The notes under the pieces: generated by a model
The model's input: only the letters and a program-made list of their open reading frames with translations
The model's database searches: none
Told to the model about the DNA's origin: nothing
In this document: positions 9,204-18,957 of the stretch, one piece after another
Layout of the letters: the number at the start of each line of letters is the position of its first letter
How positions within the stretch are numbered: position 1 is the stretch's first letter
Translations under genes and position numbers: made by a program
Origin: Candidatus Latescibacterota bacterium
GTDB taxonomy: Bacteria; Latescibacterota; UBA2968; GCA-2709665
Direction of reading: 5' to 3'
DNA length: 64,000 nucleotides
Assembly: GCA_965116875.1 (NCBI GenBank)
Contig: OZ220733.1
Span: forward strand, 4,320,001 to 4,384,000

Positions 9204-10403
9204 ATGAGCAGCGTGTATGAACGCCTGGGGATTCGTACCATAATCAATGCATCCGGGCCGTCCACCCGGTTGAGCGGGTCAATCCTGCCCGTGGAGGTGG
9301 CGCAGGCCATGGCGGAAGCCTCTCAACATTGCGTGGATATCGCGGAACTGCAGGCCTGGGCGGGCCGGGCCATTGCAGACGTCACGGGCGCCGAGTCCGG
9401 ATACGTCACATCGGGCGCCGCGGCGGGAATCATGCTGGGCGTGGCGGCGTGCGTGACCGGGCTGGATCCGGGCAGGATGAACCGGCTACCGGATACCGGG
9501 GGCATGAAGGACGAAGTGATTATCCCGCGAAGCCACAGGAATTTTTATGACCACGCCATCCGTGCGGTCGGCGTTACGCTCGTGGAGGTGGGGATTTCCG
9601 ACCGGTACAGCGGAGCCGGGGTCCGGGATACGGAAGCGTGGGAGATTGCCGATGCAATTACCGACCGGACCGCGGCGGTTGCGTACGTGATGAACGCCCG
9701 GGCGCGTCCGGACCTGGCGGACGTTGTGAAAGCAGCCCACGATCGGGGTGTGCCGGTCGTTGTGGACGCCGCCGGCCAGCTTCCGCCCCAGTCGAACCTG
9801 CAGCGTTTTGTCGAAACCGGGGCGGACGTGGTCTGTTTCAGCGGAGGAAAGACCATTCGAGGGCCCCAGAGTTCAGGAATTCTGTGCGGTCGGAGAGACC
9901 TGGTATCGGCTGTCGCGCTGCAGCACCTGGACCAGGACGTGTTCTACGATCTCTGGAATCCGCCGCCGTCGCTGATTGACAAAGACCGCCTGCCTGGCGC
10001 ACCCCAGCACGGGATCGGGAGACCGTGCAAGGTGGGCAAGGAGGAGATCGTTGGTCTGATCACGGCGCTCAGGCTGTTCGTCGCCGAGGGGGATGAGGCG
10101 CGCCACGCCCGATGGGCCGCCGTGATACGGAACCTCGCGGCGGCGCTTGAACCATTGCCGAATGTGCGTGTAACCGCGACCATCGATCCCGGAAGACCCG
10201 TGCCGGGTCTGCAGCTGGAGATCGATGAAGCCGCGGCAGGCATTTCAGGCCTGGAACTGGCACGGAGGCTTATCGACGGCGAGCCCGGCATTCACTGCAA
10301 TACGGCGGAAGTGTACGAAGGCGTGTTGGGGTTCGGTCCCATGTGTCTGCGGGAAGGGGACGTGGAGGCGATAGGAAAGCGGATGGGCGAGTTGCTGGCT
10401 TGA
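9204..10403 (+). CDS. SelA-like PLP-dependent enzyme (DgaE/D-glucosaminate-6-phosphate ammonia-lyase-like)
   Basis: RBS AGGAGG; YERLGIRTIINASG..T.L.GS, VTSGAAAG, DAA, FSGGK.IRGPQSSG and GIGRPCKVGKEEI. Confidence 0.85.
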   Translation: MSSVYERLGIRTIINASGPSTRLSGSILPVEVAQAMAEASQHCVDIAELQAWAGRAIADVTGAESGYVTSGAAAGIMLGVAACVTGLDPGRMNRLPDTGGMKDEVIIPRSHRNFYDHAIRAVGVTLVEVGISDRYSGAGVRDTEAWEIADAITDRTAAVAYVMNARARPDLADVVKAAHDRGVPVVVDAAGQLPPQSNLQRFVETGADVVCFSGGKTIRGPQSSGILCGRRDLVSAVALQHLDQDVFYDLWNPPPSLIDKDRLPGAPQHGIGRPCKVGKEEIVGLITALRLFVAEGDEARHARWAAVIRNLAAALEPLPNVRVTATIDPGRPVPGLQLEIDEAAAGISGLELARRLIDGEPGIHCNTAEVYEGVLGFGPMCLREGDVEAIGKRMGELLA

Positions 10404-10450
10404 TTGAAGAGAAGGCATGCCGGCACAGGACAAGCTCCGGAGATTCAGTT

Positions 10451-11797
10451 ATGAACGTGGATTGGAATGCAGCGGGCCGGGAAGCGGTGGGCTGGCATTG
10501 CAGGCTCCTTCGATTCGACACCACGAACCCGCCGGGGAACGAACTGCCCCTCGCCCGGGACATTGCCGGGGCGCTGACCGGGGAGGGACTTTCTCCCGGC
10601 GTCCTGGAATCCGCGCCCGGGCGCGGGAATCTGGTGGTACGTCTCAAGGGCGACGGGTCGCAACGCCCGCTGCTGCTGCTGTCGCACATAGACGTGGTTC
10701 CCGCGGAGCCCGCCAAATGGACGCGCGATCCGTTCGGCGGCGAGGTGGACGCGGGGTACGTATGGGGTCGCGGCGCAATCGATTCCAAGCTGACGACGGC
10801 CGTTGGACTGCAGGTCCTGTTATTGTGCAAGCGTCTGAATCTGCCGCTGACGCGCGACCTGATTCTGGTGGCGGCAGCGGACGAGGAACTCGGGGGGGTG
10901 CATGGGGTGCGCTGGCTTGCGGCCAATCACCCGGAGGTGTTCGACGCGGAGTACGGCATCAATGAGGGCGGCGGTTTCGCTCTGCTGGTCGACGGGCGTC
11001 CGGTATACACGTGTCAGGTGGCCGAAAAGGGGAGTGCAGAGTTGAACCTGGTTGCGCGCGGACAACCGGGACACAGTTCCGTTCCCCACACCGACAATGC
11101 CGTTTTTCATCTGGCAGGGGCCCTGGAGCGATTGAGCCGCGTGAAGATGCCACACCGGATTACCCCCGGCGTGAAGGCGTTCTTCGAGGGCGCCGCCGCC
11201 GCGCAGGTCAGGGAGGAGGTGGCCGATCTGCTGCTTGGGGCCCTGGACCCGGACCGCTGCGATGCCTCGCTACAGGCCTTGCCGGTTGACGAGCCGACCC
11301 GGAAGATGTTCGACGCGATGGTGCGCAATACGTGCGCGCCGACCATCCTCGAGGCCGGCGTCAAGCGCAACGTGATCCCCTCCGAAGCCGTGGCGCGGCT
11401 GAGCGGCAGGCCATTGCCCGGTGTGGACGAAGACGGTTTCGTCCGGGAAGTTCGCGCTTTGGCCGGCGAGGGCGTCGCTTTCGAAATGGAAAAGGCATTC
11501 CGACCGGGAACGGAATTCGACCATCGGACGCCACTTCTGGACGCAATCCGGGCGTCGATCGCCCGATTCGACCCCGATGCAGCCGTGGTCCCTTACATGC
11601 AGACCGGTGGCACGGATGCGCGGTTTCTGCAGGACCGCGATATCCACATCTATGGATTCCTGCCCATGCGGTACGAAGAGGGCGAGGCGTACTTCGACCT
11701 GTGCCACGGTCACGACGAACGGGTGTCCGTCGCAAACGTCAAATTCGGGGTGCAGGTGCTTTTCGACGTCGTGTGCCGGTTGAACGGCATCCCGTAG
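10451..11797 (+). CDS. M20/M25/M40 metallo-hydrolase (ArgE/DapE-like peptidase)
   Basis: DTTNPPGNE, SHIDVVP, WGRGAIDSK, ADEE.GG, NEGGG, GHSSVP, GGTDAR and HGHDER. Confidence 0.9.
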   Translation: MNVDWNAAGREAVGWHCRLLRFDTTNPPGNELPLARDIAGALTGEGLSPGVLESAPGRGNLVVRLKGDGSQRPLLLLSHIDVVPAEPAKWTRDPFGGEVDAGYVWGRGAIDSKLTTAVGLQVLLLCKRLNLPLTRDLILVAAADEELGGVHGVRWLAANHPEVFDAEYGINEGGGFALLVDGRPVYTCQVAEKGSAELNLVARGQPGHSSVPHTDNAVFHLAGALERLSRVKMPHRITPGVKAFFEGAAAAQVREEVADLLLGALDPDRCDASLQALPVDEPTRKMFDAMVRNTCAPTILEAGVKRNVIPSEAVARLSGRPLPGVDEDGFVREVRALAGEGVAFEMEKAFRPGTEFDHRTPLLDAIRASIARFDPDAAVVPYMQTGGTDARFLQDRDIHIYGFLPMRYEEGEAYFDLCHGHDERVSVANVKFGVQVLFDVVCRLNGIP

Positions 11798-11821
11798 CCG
11801 GCGGTCGATCTCGCGCAGAAC

Positions 11822-12718
11822 CTACCGATCCAGTACGTGTCGAAGCGCGCCTTCGAGTTCCGGGTGTTGAAAGTCATATCCGGACTCCTGCAGCCGTGTG
11901 GGGGTTACACGGGCGCCGGACAGCAGCAGGGCGTCCGCCATTTCCCCGAAGGCCAGTCTGGCGGCGAATGCCGGCATAGGGAAGAGCGTCGGGCGGGAAA
12001 GCACGCCCCCCAGTGTTTTCGTGAATTCCCGGTTCGTCGCCGGCGCGGGCGACACCGCGTTGACGGGCCCCTCGAGCGATGCCGTGTTTAGCGCGTGGAC
12101 GATGATTCCCGACAGGTCGCTCAGCGAGACCCAGCTCATATACTGCGCGCCGCTGCCGATCACGCCTCCCACCCCCATCTTGAACGGGAACAGCATTTTG
12201 GCCAGCGCGCCCCCGTCCGCACTGAGCACGATTCCAATCCGCAGGGTTACGGTACGCACGCCCGCGTCAGCCGCGGGGCCTGCGGCATTCTCCCACGCAA
12301 TGCACGTTTCCGCAAGGAAGTCGGCGCCGGGCGGGCTTTCCTCGTTGAGGATTTCCTCGCCGCGATTGCCGTAGTATCCGATCGCCGATGCCGCAATCAG
12401 AACGCCGGGAGGGGTCTGCAATTCCGCAATGCCCTGTGCCAGAAGCCGGGTGCCGTCCACGCGGCTGCTGCGGATTCGGTTTTTCTTCGCTTCGTTCCAC
12501 CTGCCCGAAGCGATGTTCTCGCCGGCCAGATGAACCACGGCCTGGATTCCTTCGAGGGCGTCAGGCGCAATTTCTCCTGTTTCCGGGTCCCACCGGCGCT
12601 CCGTATCGTCTGTGGGACTCGTGCGAACCAGCCGCAGTACGCGGTGGCCGCCGGCTTCGAGATGGGGTACGAGAGAAGAACCGACGAGCCCGGTCGAACC
12701 CGTCACGAGTACGTTCAT
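11822..12718 (-). CDS. TIGR01777-family NAD-dependent epimerase/oxidoreductase (YfcH-like)
   Basis: TGSTGLVG, HLAGENIA, ASAIGYYG, RIGIVLS..GGAL, G.QYMSWV and GPVNAVSP. Confidence 0.92.
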   Translation of the reverse strand: MNVLVTGSTGLVGSSLVPHLEAGGHRVLRLVRTSPTDDTERRWDPETGEIAPDALEGIQAVVHLAGENIASGRWNEAKKNRIRSSRVDGTRLLAQGIAELQTPPGVLIAASAIGYYGNRGEEILNEESPPGADFLAETCIAWENAAGPAADAGVRTVTLRIGIVLSADGGALAKMLFPFKMGVGGVIGSGAQYMSWVSLSDLSGIIVHALNTASLEGPVNAVSPAPATNREFTKTLGGVLSRPTLFPMPAFAARLAFGEMADALLLSGARVTPTRLQESGYDFQHPELEGALRHVLDR

Positions 12719-12736
12719 GGCGTGCCTCCTTGTCAG

Positions 12737-13150
12737 TTAGAACAGGTAGAGCATCACGTAGATGATGACGCCGCTGACGCACACGAACATCCAGACCGGC
12801 CACACCCAGCGGGCGATGCGCCTGTGTGTCCGGAACCTCCCGCGCAGGGCAAGCCATACAACCGTGAGGACGAACGGCGCATTCAGTGCGGCCAGTACGA
12901 TGTGCGGGATCAGGATGGCAAAATAAACGCCGCGGGTCCAGTCATGGTGTGGATAGGGTACAGACCCCACATTGACGTGATAGAACAGATACGTAGACAG
13001 AAACAGGACCGAAAAGACGAGGGCGAAGACCATCATTCGCCGGTGTTGCCGGATATTGCCGCGGCGGATCTGAAGATAGCCCATCAGGAGAAAGACCGCG
13101 CCGATCGTGTTGAATATGGCATTGAGGGCTGGGAGATCGTTTACGGTCAT
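12737..13150 (-). CDS. DUF420 membrane protein
   Basis: LPALNA.FN, HRRMM, FL..YL.YH, YF.ILIPHI.LA, HRRIARWVWPVWMFV.VSGVIIY. Confidence 0.88.
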   Translation of the reverse strand: MTVNDLPALNAIFNTIGAVFLLMGYLQIRRGNIRQHRRMMVFALVFSVLFLSTYLFYHVNVGSVPYPHHDWTRGVYFAILIPHIVLAALNAPFVLTVVWLALRGRFRTHRRIARWVWPVWMFVCVSGVIIYVMLYLF

Positions 13151-13189
13151 CCGTATCTCGAATGAAGCTGTTTCGGGCTCGAAACCTGA

Positions 13190-13247
13190 CAGCCCGTTGA
13201 AAACGCCCATCCGGCCTCGCCTGCAGAGCGACTTTCTCAACGGACTG
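13190..13247 (+). mobile_element. Internally deleted copy of TIR element family B
   Basis: CAGCCCGTTGAAAACGCCCATCCGG joined directly to CCTCGCCTGCAGAGCGACTTTCTCAACGGACTG; both ends match 13614-13759. Confidence 0.8.
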
Positions 13248-13325
13248 CTAAGTGTACTCATTTTTCCAGGCTTTGGCAACCGCATGGGATTCCAGCGGAC
13301 GGGGCAACGGACATCGCCGGGCCGC

Positions 13326-13354
13326 TTGACACAGGATCGGATTTCTGCTATTTT
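13326..13354 (+). promoter_or_regulatory. Sigma70-type promoter for the small ORF and the nadB-guaA unit
   Basis: TTGACA-17 nt-TATTTT with an extended -10 TG. Confidence 0.6.
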
Positions 13355-13403
13355 TGGTTTCTGAGATTGTCATTAAGCCGATTTAAAACAGGAGGATAGT
13401 AGA

Positions 13404-13607
13404 ATGTCTGCAACGGGCGGCCAGTGGATGACACCCGGAGAAATCGAGCAGGCTCTCGGGCGAAGAAAATCCAGGGAGGTATTTGAAGACTTGATTTATG
13501 ACCGGCGCAAGCGGCGTGAGATCCTGGATCTCCTGATCGAGGCCACGGGCTGTAACGAGTTTTCGGCGGAAGACTTTCTCAGGGAAATCGTGAAGACCAG
13601 ACAGTGA
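13404..13607 (+). CDS. Small helical hypothetical protein (67 aa)
   Basis: Strong RBS AGGAGG, upstream promoter, host-like codon usage. Confidence 0.7.
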   Translation: MSATGGQWMTPGEIEQALGRRKSREVFEDLIYDRRKRREILDLLIEATGCNEFSAEDFLREIVKTRQ

Positions 13608-13613
13608 CTCTAA

Positions 13614-13759
13614 CAGCCCGTTGGAAAAGTCCATCCGGTCTGCGGCCGGCCCTTGCGGTCGAAAACCTGCGTTGCGCTCCCTCGCCGAATCGAAGGATGG
13701 GACTCGGTCGCGCGCCTTGTCTTCGACCTCGCCTGCAGAGCAACTTTTCCAACGGACTG
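13614..13759 (+). mobile_element. MITE-like TIR element family B (full copy)
   Basis: 17-bp TIR CAGCCCGTTGGAAAAGT / ACTTTTCCAACGGACTG with one mismatch; non-coding; three copies in the window. Confidence 0.8.
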
Positions 13760-13802
13760 CCAGCCGCCGCGGCGCCCGCGTCACCGAAGGGATGAACTGA
13801 TC

Positions 13803-15458
13803 GTGTCCGAATTCTGGAAAACAGATTACCTGGTCATCGGCAGCGGTATCGCCGGCCTGTCTTTCGCGCTCAGGGCAGCCGAGTCCGCCACCGTCGCGGT
13901 AATTACCAAGAAGGAGTCCCAGGAGTCGAATACCAACTATGCCCAGGGCGGCATTGCCGCCGTGTTCGATCCGGACGATTCATTCGGCCTCCACGTGGAG
14001 GACACGCTCTCCGCCGGGGCCGGTCTCTGCCGCCGTGAGGTGGTGGACCTCGTGATCGGACAGGGGCCGCGGATGGTCAGAGAACTGATGGCATGGGGCG
14101 CCGCGTTCACGAAACAGCCGGACGGCCGCCACCTGGCGCTCGGGCGGGAAGGCGGGCACACCAGGAACCGGATTGTCCACGCGGCGGATCTTACGGGAAA
14201 GGAAATCGAACGGGCGCTTACGGAAGCGATAGAAGCCCATCCCAACATTACGCGATTCGAACACCATATGGCCGTCGACCTGATTACGGAACACCATCTC
14301 TTCGGCGCCAAGACGGAACCGCAGGGACGCATTCATTGCTGGGGTGCGTACGTTCTGGATGCGGTTTCGGGGCGGGTCAGGCGATTTCTTGCGCGGGTAA
14401 CGCTTCTGTGTTCCGGTGGGGCCGGACAGATCTACACACACACAACCAACCCGGGCATCGCAACCGGCGACGGGGTCGCCATGGCCTACAGGGCGGGGGC
14501 GCCGATAGCCAATCTGGAGTTTATGCAGTTTCACCCCACCACGCTCTACCATCCGGAGGGAGATTCATTCCTGATTTCCGAGGCGGTACGCGGCCACGGG
14601 GGCGTGCTGATCGACGGAAACGGACGTCCTTTCATGGACGCGCATCACAAGATGGGAGCGCTCGCGCCGCGTGATATTGTCGCCAGGGCCATCGACAGTG
14701 AACTGAAGAAGAGCGGCGCACCCTGCGTGTATCTCGACGTCACTCACATGCCAGCCGCCGGGATTCAGGAACGTTTTCCCGGCATTTACAGGCGGTGTCT
14801 CGAACTCAATATAGATATCACCCGGCAGCCCATCCCGGTTGTGCCCGCGGCTCACTATATGTGCGGCGGCGTTGTGACGGACACGTGGGGTCGCACGGAA
14901 ATCGAAGGGCTCTATGCCTCCGGGGAGGTGGCGCACACGGGCCTGCACGGCGCGAATCGTCTGGCGAGTAATTCGCTTCTCGAGGCGCTGGTGTTTTCGG
15001 ACCGCGTTCATCAGCATGCGTCCCTGCGTCCGGATTCGGCAACCGTCTTTCCCGACGTGCCGGACTGGCGGGATGACGACGTGTTCAATACCGAAGAGTG
15101 GGTGCTGCTTGCCCACGACCGGGTGGAGGTGCAGCGGCTGATGTGGGACTATGTCGGTATCGTGCGTTCCGACTTCCGGCTCAAACGGGCGGCAAGGCGA
15201 ATTGGCGTCATCGCCAGGGAGGTTGAGGAGTTTTACAAGCGGACCCGGGTTACGGAAGCGCTCCTCGAATTGAGAAATATCACGACGGTGGCCGCGCTCG
15301 CGGTTCGATGCGCGCTGAAGCGGCGCGAGAGCCGGGGACTCCATTACAACGTGGACTGCCCCGAGGACGGCTCAGTGACTCCCGTGGATACGGTCCTGTC
15401 GGTACGTGAGACCTGGCGGTCATCCGAAATAGACTGGCAGGCGGCCCTGAATGTCTAG
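13803..15458 (+). CDS. nadB: L-aspartate oxidase
   Basis: [80 protein letters not shown]; probable GTG start at 13803. Confidence 0.95.
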   Translation: MSEFWKTDYLVIGSGIAGLSFALRAAESATVAVITKKESQESNTNYAQGGIAAVFDPDDSFGLHVEDTLSAGAGLCRREVVDLVIGQGPRMVRELMAWGAAFTKQPDGRHLALGREGGHTRNRIVHAADLTGKEIERALTEAIEAHPNITRFEHHMAVDLITEHHLFGAKTEPQGRIHCWGAYVLDAVSGRVRRFLARVTLLCSGGAGQIYTHTTNPGIATGDGVAMAYRAGAPIANLEFMQFHPTTLYHPEGDSFLISEAVRGHGGVLIDGNGRPFMDAHHKMGALAPRDIVARAIDSELKKSGAPCVYLDVTHMPAAGIQERFPGIYRRCLELNIDITRQPIPVVPAAHYMCGGVVTDTWGRTEIEGLYASGEVAHTGLHGANRLASNSLLEALVFSDRVHQHASLRPDSATVFPDVPDWRDDDVFNTEEWVLLAHDRVEVQRLMWDYVGIVRSDFRLKRAARRIGVIAREVEEFYKRTRVTEALLELRNITTVAALAVRCALKRRESRGLHYNVDCPEDGSVTPVDTVLSVRETWRSSEIDWQAALNV

Positions 15459-15512
15459 GAAGCTCTTCTTCGTCCCTGTAGAATCCCGAGCGCGAGACCT
15501 GAGGAAGCATCC

Positions 15513-17312
15513 ATGCAAAACGGCATCGCCGTGCTGGATTTCGGGGGGCAATACGCCCACCTGATTGCAAACCGAATCCGCCGCCTGCAGGTCTGGTCCG
15601 AGGTCTTTCCGCCCGACGTGGACACTTCGGCGCTCGACGGGTTTTCGGGCCTGATTCTGTCGGGGGGGCCCGCAAGCGTCTACGACCCGGATCAGCCGGC
15701 GTTCAACACGGCGCACCTGAGTTCCGGGCTGCCCGTCCTTGGATTGTGTTACGGCCACCAGCTGTTGTGCCAGGAACTGGGCGGCGAAGTTGCCCGGGGG
15801 CAAATCCGCGAGTACGGTTCGGCGGAACTTCGGATACAATCGGCGAATGGCCTGTTCGCGGGCATGGAGTCGCCGCTGGCGGTGTGGATGAGCCATGGCG
15901 ACGTGGCAAGCCGTCTGCCGGCGGGGTTCGAGGTTCTGGGGACCACGGACGACTGCGCAACAGCCGCGGTGGGTGACGTTCGACGGAATCTGTACGGACT
16001 GCAGTTTCACCCCGAGGTCGCTCACACCTCCCGCGGTATGGACATACTGGACAATTTCCTGAATATCTGCGCCGCGCCGCGTACCTGGACCATGGCCGGT
16101 TACGCGGAAACGGCGATCGAGGAGATTCGGGAGCGGGTGGGTCGCAAGCGCGTGTTTCTGCTGGTTTCGGGCGGTGTGGACTCGAGCGTGGCCTTTGCGC
16201 TTTTCAACCGCGCGCTCGGACCGGAGCGCGTGCTGGGATTGCACATCAACAACGGGTTCATGCGGAAGGGGGAGTCCGCCAGCGTCGCAAACGCGCTTCG
16301 GGTCGAAGGATTCGAAAACCTGATTGTGGAGGATGCGTCGGAGGATTTCCTGCTCAGCGTGGAGGGCATGGTGGATCCGGAGCAGAAAAGGCTGGCCATT
16401 GGCCGGGCGTTTCTCGAAGTCAAGGATCGTGTGCTGGAACGGATGGGCCTGGATTCGAACGGCTGGTTGCTGGGGCAGGGCACGCTCTATCCGGATACCA
16501 TCGAGTCAGGCGGTACGGAACACGCTGCGGTGATCAAGACGCACCACAACCGGGTGGACGTGGTGGAGGAGCTGATCGCCCGCGGGCTGGTCATCGAACC
16601 GCTCGCGCACCTCTACAAGGACGAAGTGCGTGAACTGGGGAACGCCCTCGGACTGCCGCCGCACCTGATCTGGCGCCAGCCGTTTCCCGGGCCCGGGTTG
16701 TCCGTGCGCTGCCTCTGCTCCACGGGTGACGGCGCGCACCCACCGGATACGGAGACCGAGGAAGCCGCCCGCGATATTGCGATGCGCGCCGGGCTCCGGC
16801 TCCGGGTGCTCCCGCTTCAGAGCGTCGGCGTCCAGGGAGACTTCCGCACCTATGCGCACCCCGCGGTCGTCTGGGGTGAATCGGACTGGGCGGTACTGGA
16901 GGACGTTTCCACGCGCATTACGAATACGGTCTCCGAGATCAACCGGGTGGTCTACCTGCTGGCGCCATCGGTCCTTCCCGCTCTGAAGCTGAAACGGGCC
17001 TTCCTCACGCAATCCCGTCTGGACCTTCTCAGGGACGTGGACGCGCTCGCCATGGCGGCCCTGGAGCGCGAGGCCCTGTCCAGGACGGTGTCCCAGATGC
17101 CCACTGTACTCCTTCCGTTGACGTCCGACGGTATCGCGGAAACCGTGGTCTTGAGGCCGGTGGAAACGCCGGACTTCATGACGGCCAGGTTCAGCGCGTT
17201 GCCCTTCGATTTCGTGCGAAAGCTCGCTGGTGAGATTTTAGACGTGGAAGGCGTCGAGGCGGTGTTTTACGACGTTACGCACAAGCCGCCGGGAACGGTC
17301 GAGTGGGAGTAG
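15513..17312 (+). CDS. guaA: GMP synthase (glutamine-hydrolysing)
   Basis: LDFGGQY, GLCYGHQ, MSHGD, QFHPEV, SGGVDS, QGTLYPDTIES, IKTHHN, PFPGPGL and KPPGTVEWE. Confidence 0.97.
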   Translation: MQNGIAVLDFGGQYAHLIANRIRRLQVWSEVFPPDVDTSALDGFSGLILSGGPASVYDPDQPAFNTAHLSSGLPVLGLCYGHQLLCQELGGEVARGQIREYGSAELRIQSANGLFAGMESPLAVWMSHGDVASRLPAGFEVLGTTDDCATAAVGDVRRNLYGLQFHPEVAHTSRGMDILDNFLNICAAPRTWTMAGYAETAIEEIRERVGRKRVFLLVSGGVDSSVAFALFNRALGPERVLGLHINNGFMRKGESASVANALRVEGFENLIVEDASEDFLLSVEGMVDPEQKRLAIGRAFLEVKDRVLERMGLDSNGWLLGQGTLYPDTIESGGTEHAAVIKTHHNRVDVVEELIARGLVIEPLAHLYKDEVRELGNALGLPPHLIWRQPFPGPGLSVRCLCSTGDGAHPPDTETEEAARDIAMRAGLRLRVLPLQSVGVQGDFRTYAHPAVVWGESDWAVLEDVSTRITNTVSEINRVVYLLAPSVLPALKLKRAFLTQSRLDLLRDVDALAMAALEREALSRTVSQMPTVLLPLTSDGIAETVVLRPVETPDFMTARFSALPFDFVRKLAGEILDVEGVEAVFYDVTHKPPGTVEWE

Positions 17313-17353
17313 GGTCGCAATCCGGCAGTTCAACCCGATCTGGAGGAACAGAC

Positions 17354-17791
17354 ATGCATGAGGTCAATTATCTCGCCATACTGGTTGCCGGTTTTGTCCC
17401 GATGATCGCAGGCGCCGTCTGGTACGGGCCATTGTTCGGAAAGCGTTGGCTCGGATACATGGAGACCACGGAGGAGGAGATACGCAAGGACTTCAACCCC
17501 CTCAAGACATACGGCGTCAGTTTTCTTCTGGCGCTTGTCACTGCGTTCATCCTTGCGCAATTGCTTGCCGGAATGGGTGAGCCGCAGGACGTCTCGACGC
17601 TGCAGGGGAGCGGGGGAAAGGCGATGGCGGGCATCCATCTTGGATTGATGGCTCTGATCGCCTTCGTGCTCCCGGTGGCGCACCAGTCGGTGGCCTTTGA
17701 GGGGCGGAAGGCGGGTCTGTTCTGGCTCAGCCTCGGGTACAACGGCGTATCGCTTCTCGGACAGGGCGTGGTCATCGCCGTCTGGCGCTGA
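17354..17791 (+). CDS. DUF1761 membrane protein
   Basis: RBS GGAGG; VNYLAILVA...GAVWYGPLFGKRW pattern; four hydrophobic segments. Confidence 0.8.
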   Translation: MHEVNYLAILVAGFVPMIAGAVWYGPLFGKRWLGYMETTEEEIRKDFNPLKTYGVSFLLALVTAFILAQLLAGMGEPQDVSTLQGSGGKAMAGIHLGLMALIAFVLPVAHQSVAFEGRKAGLFWLSLGYNGVSLLGQGVVIAVWR

Positions 17792-17829
17792 CGGGACAGG
17801 ACATCAGGGTGGGCTGAAATGGAAAACGG

Positions 17830-18519
17830 TCAGTCGGAGGCGACGGCCGTTTTTTCGTCCAGGGCCAGATCTTCGAGCGCAAAACGATCGATCGGCACGG
17901 ACTGTTCGGCGCGCCGGTGACGTGCGGCGAACGCGGCCTTGACTTTCGAGCCAAGCAACACGCAAATGAAGAAAACGGCGCCGCCAGCCAGCATGAGATT
18001 GGTGAGATTCAGCAGATTTCCGATCAGCGCAAAGAAAAAGTACCGCGGGAATCGCCCGAGAAACACGGCGACCAGGTACCGTTGGAAAGGGTAACCGCTT
18101 GCCGGACTGAGGATCCGGAAGATATAGAAAGGGATGAACGGAACCAGCGCGGCAAACCATATCGCGAAAAAGGGCGCTTTCATGAAATAGTGAACGGCGC
18201 CCTTATAGACGTCGCTCTCGCGCGTCCGTCTGATTCCGGGCTTCTGAAAAGCGAAGTTCATGGCCCGATAGTCCACGAAGCAGGCGATCAGGGTGCCTGC
18301 AACGGCCGCAACCGCAACTGCCAGAGGATGATAGGACCGGCCAAGGAAGACCAGTGCGGGTTCGTGGGGAAAGGGCACGAAAGAGTTGGCGGGAATGCTG
18401 TAAAAGAAAAGTAGCGACAGGTTTCGATATTGGGGCAGCAGGAGCGCCGCTGCGCCTGCGACCGTGAAAAGGCCGGCCGCTGCGCCAAGAAACGCTTTCC
18501 AGTTCTTGCTTACCGTCAT
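17830..18519 (-). CDS. VTT/DedA (SNARE-associated) family membrane protein
   Basis: P.PHEP, G..IA..VDY, ALVPFIPFY.F and ..GRFPRY motifs; multiple TM segments. Confidence 0.7.
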   Translation of the reverse strand: MTVSKNWKAFLGAAAGLFTVAGAAALLLPQYRNLSLLFFYSIPANSFVPFPHEPALVFLGRSYHPLAVAVAAVAGTLIACFVDYRAMNFAFQKPGIRRTRESDVYKGAVHYFMKAPFFAIWFAALVPFIPFYIFRILSPASGYPFQRYLVAVFLGRFPRYFFFALIGNLLNLTNLMLAGGAVFFICVLLGSKVKAAFAARHRRAEQSVPIDRFALEDLALDEKTAVASD

Positions 18520-18957
18520 GCCCGTTGGACCTTTCTATCGGTGGGAAGTACGACCGACGATAATATAAGTGAATCTTTTAAAAGCGTCAATGTGTTTTCA
18601 GTTGACATTCTGAATATCGCAGATACGCAGTTCCTCTATCGACTCCGCAGCCGGCGCACGGTTCCAAAGAAGCTGTATTAGCCTCAATCCGAAAAAAACA
18701 GCAACGCGGCGACGCGATAAAACCCTCCGTAACGGGGCGTTATCGACGTATAGAAGGACGTTTTTTCCCTACACGTCCAGAGACCTGGTGTATCCTGGTA
18801 ATCCGCCGTCTAATCGCCTTTATTTACAAGAACATATTCGTATTATCGTCCCCGAAGACTTACGAATCATGGTTAAAGTCCTCATCGGCCTTTGCGCGGC
18901 TGGACCGACACCCTTTCGCCCGCGATCGGGAACCCACCGGTAATCCTCACACAGAAT

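Noticed and set aside
9204-10403. True selenocysteine synthase selA, or a selenium cluster with SBP56
   Set aside because: It is shorter than bacterial SelA and DgaE-like, with no selB, selC or selD nearby and no in-frame TGA selenoprotein noticed.
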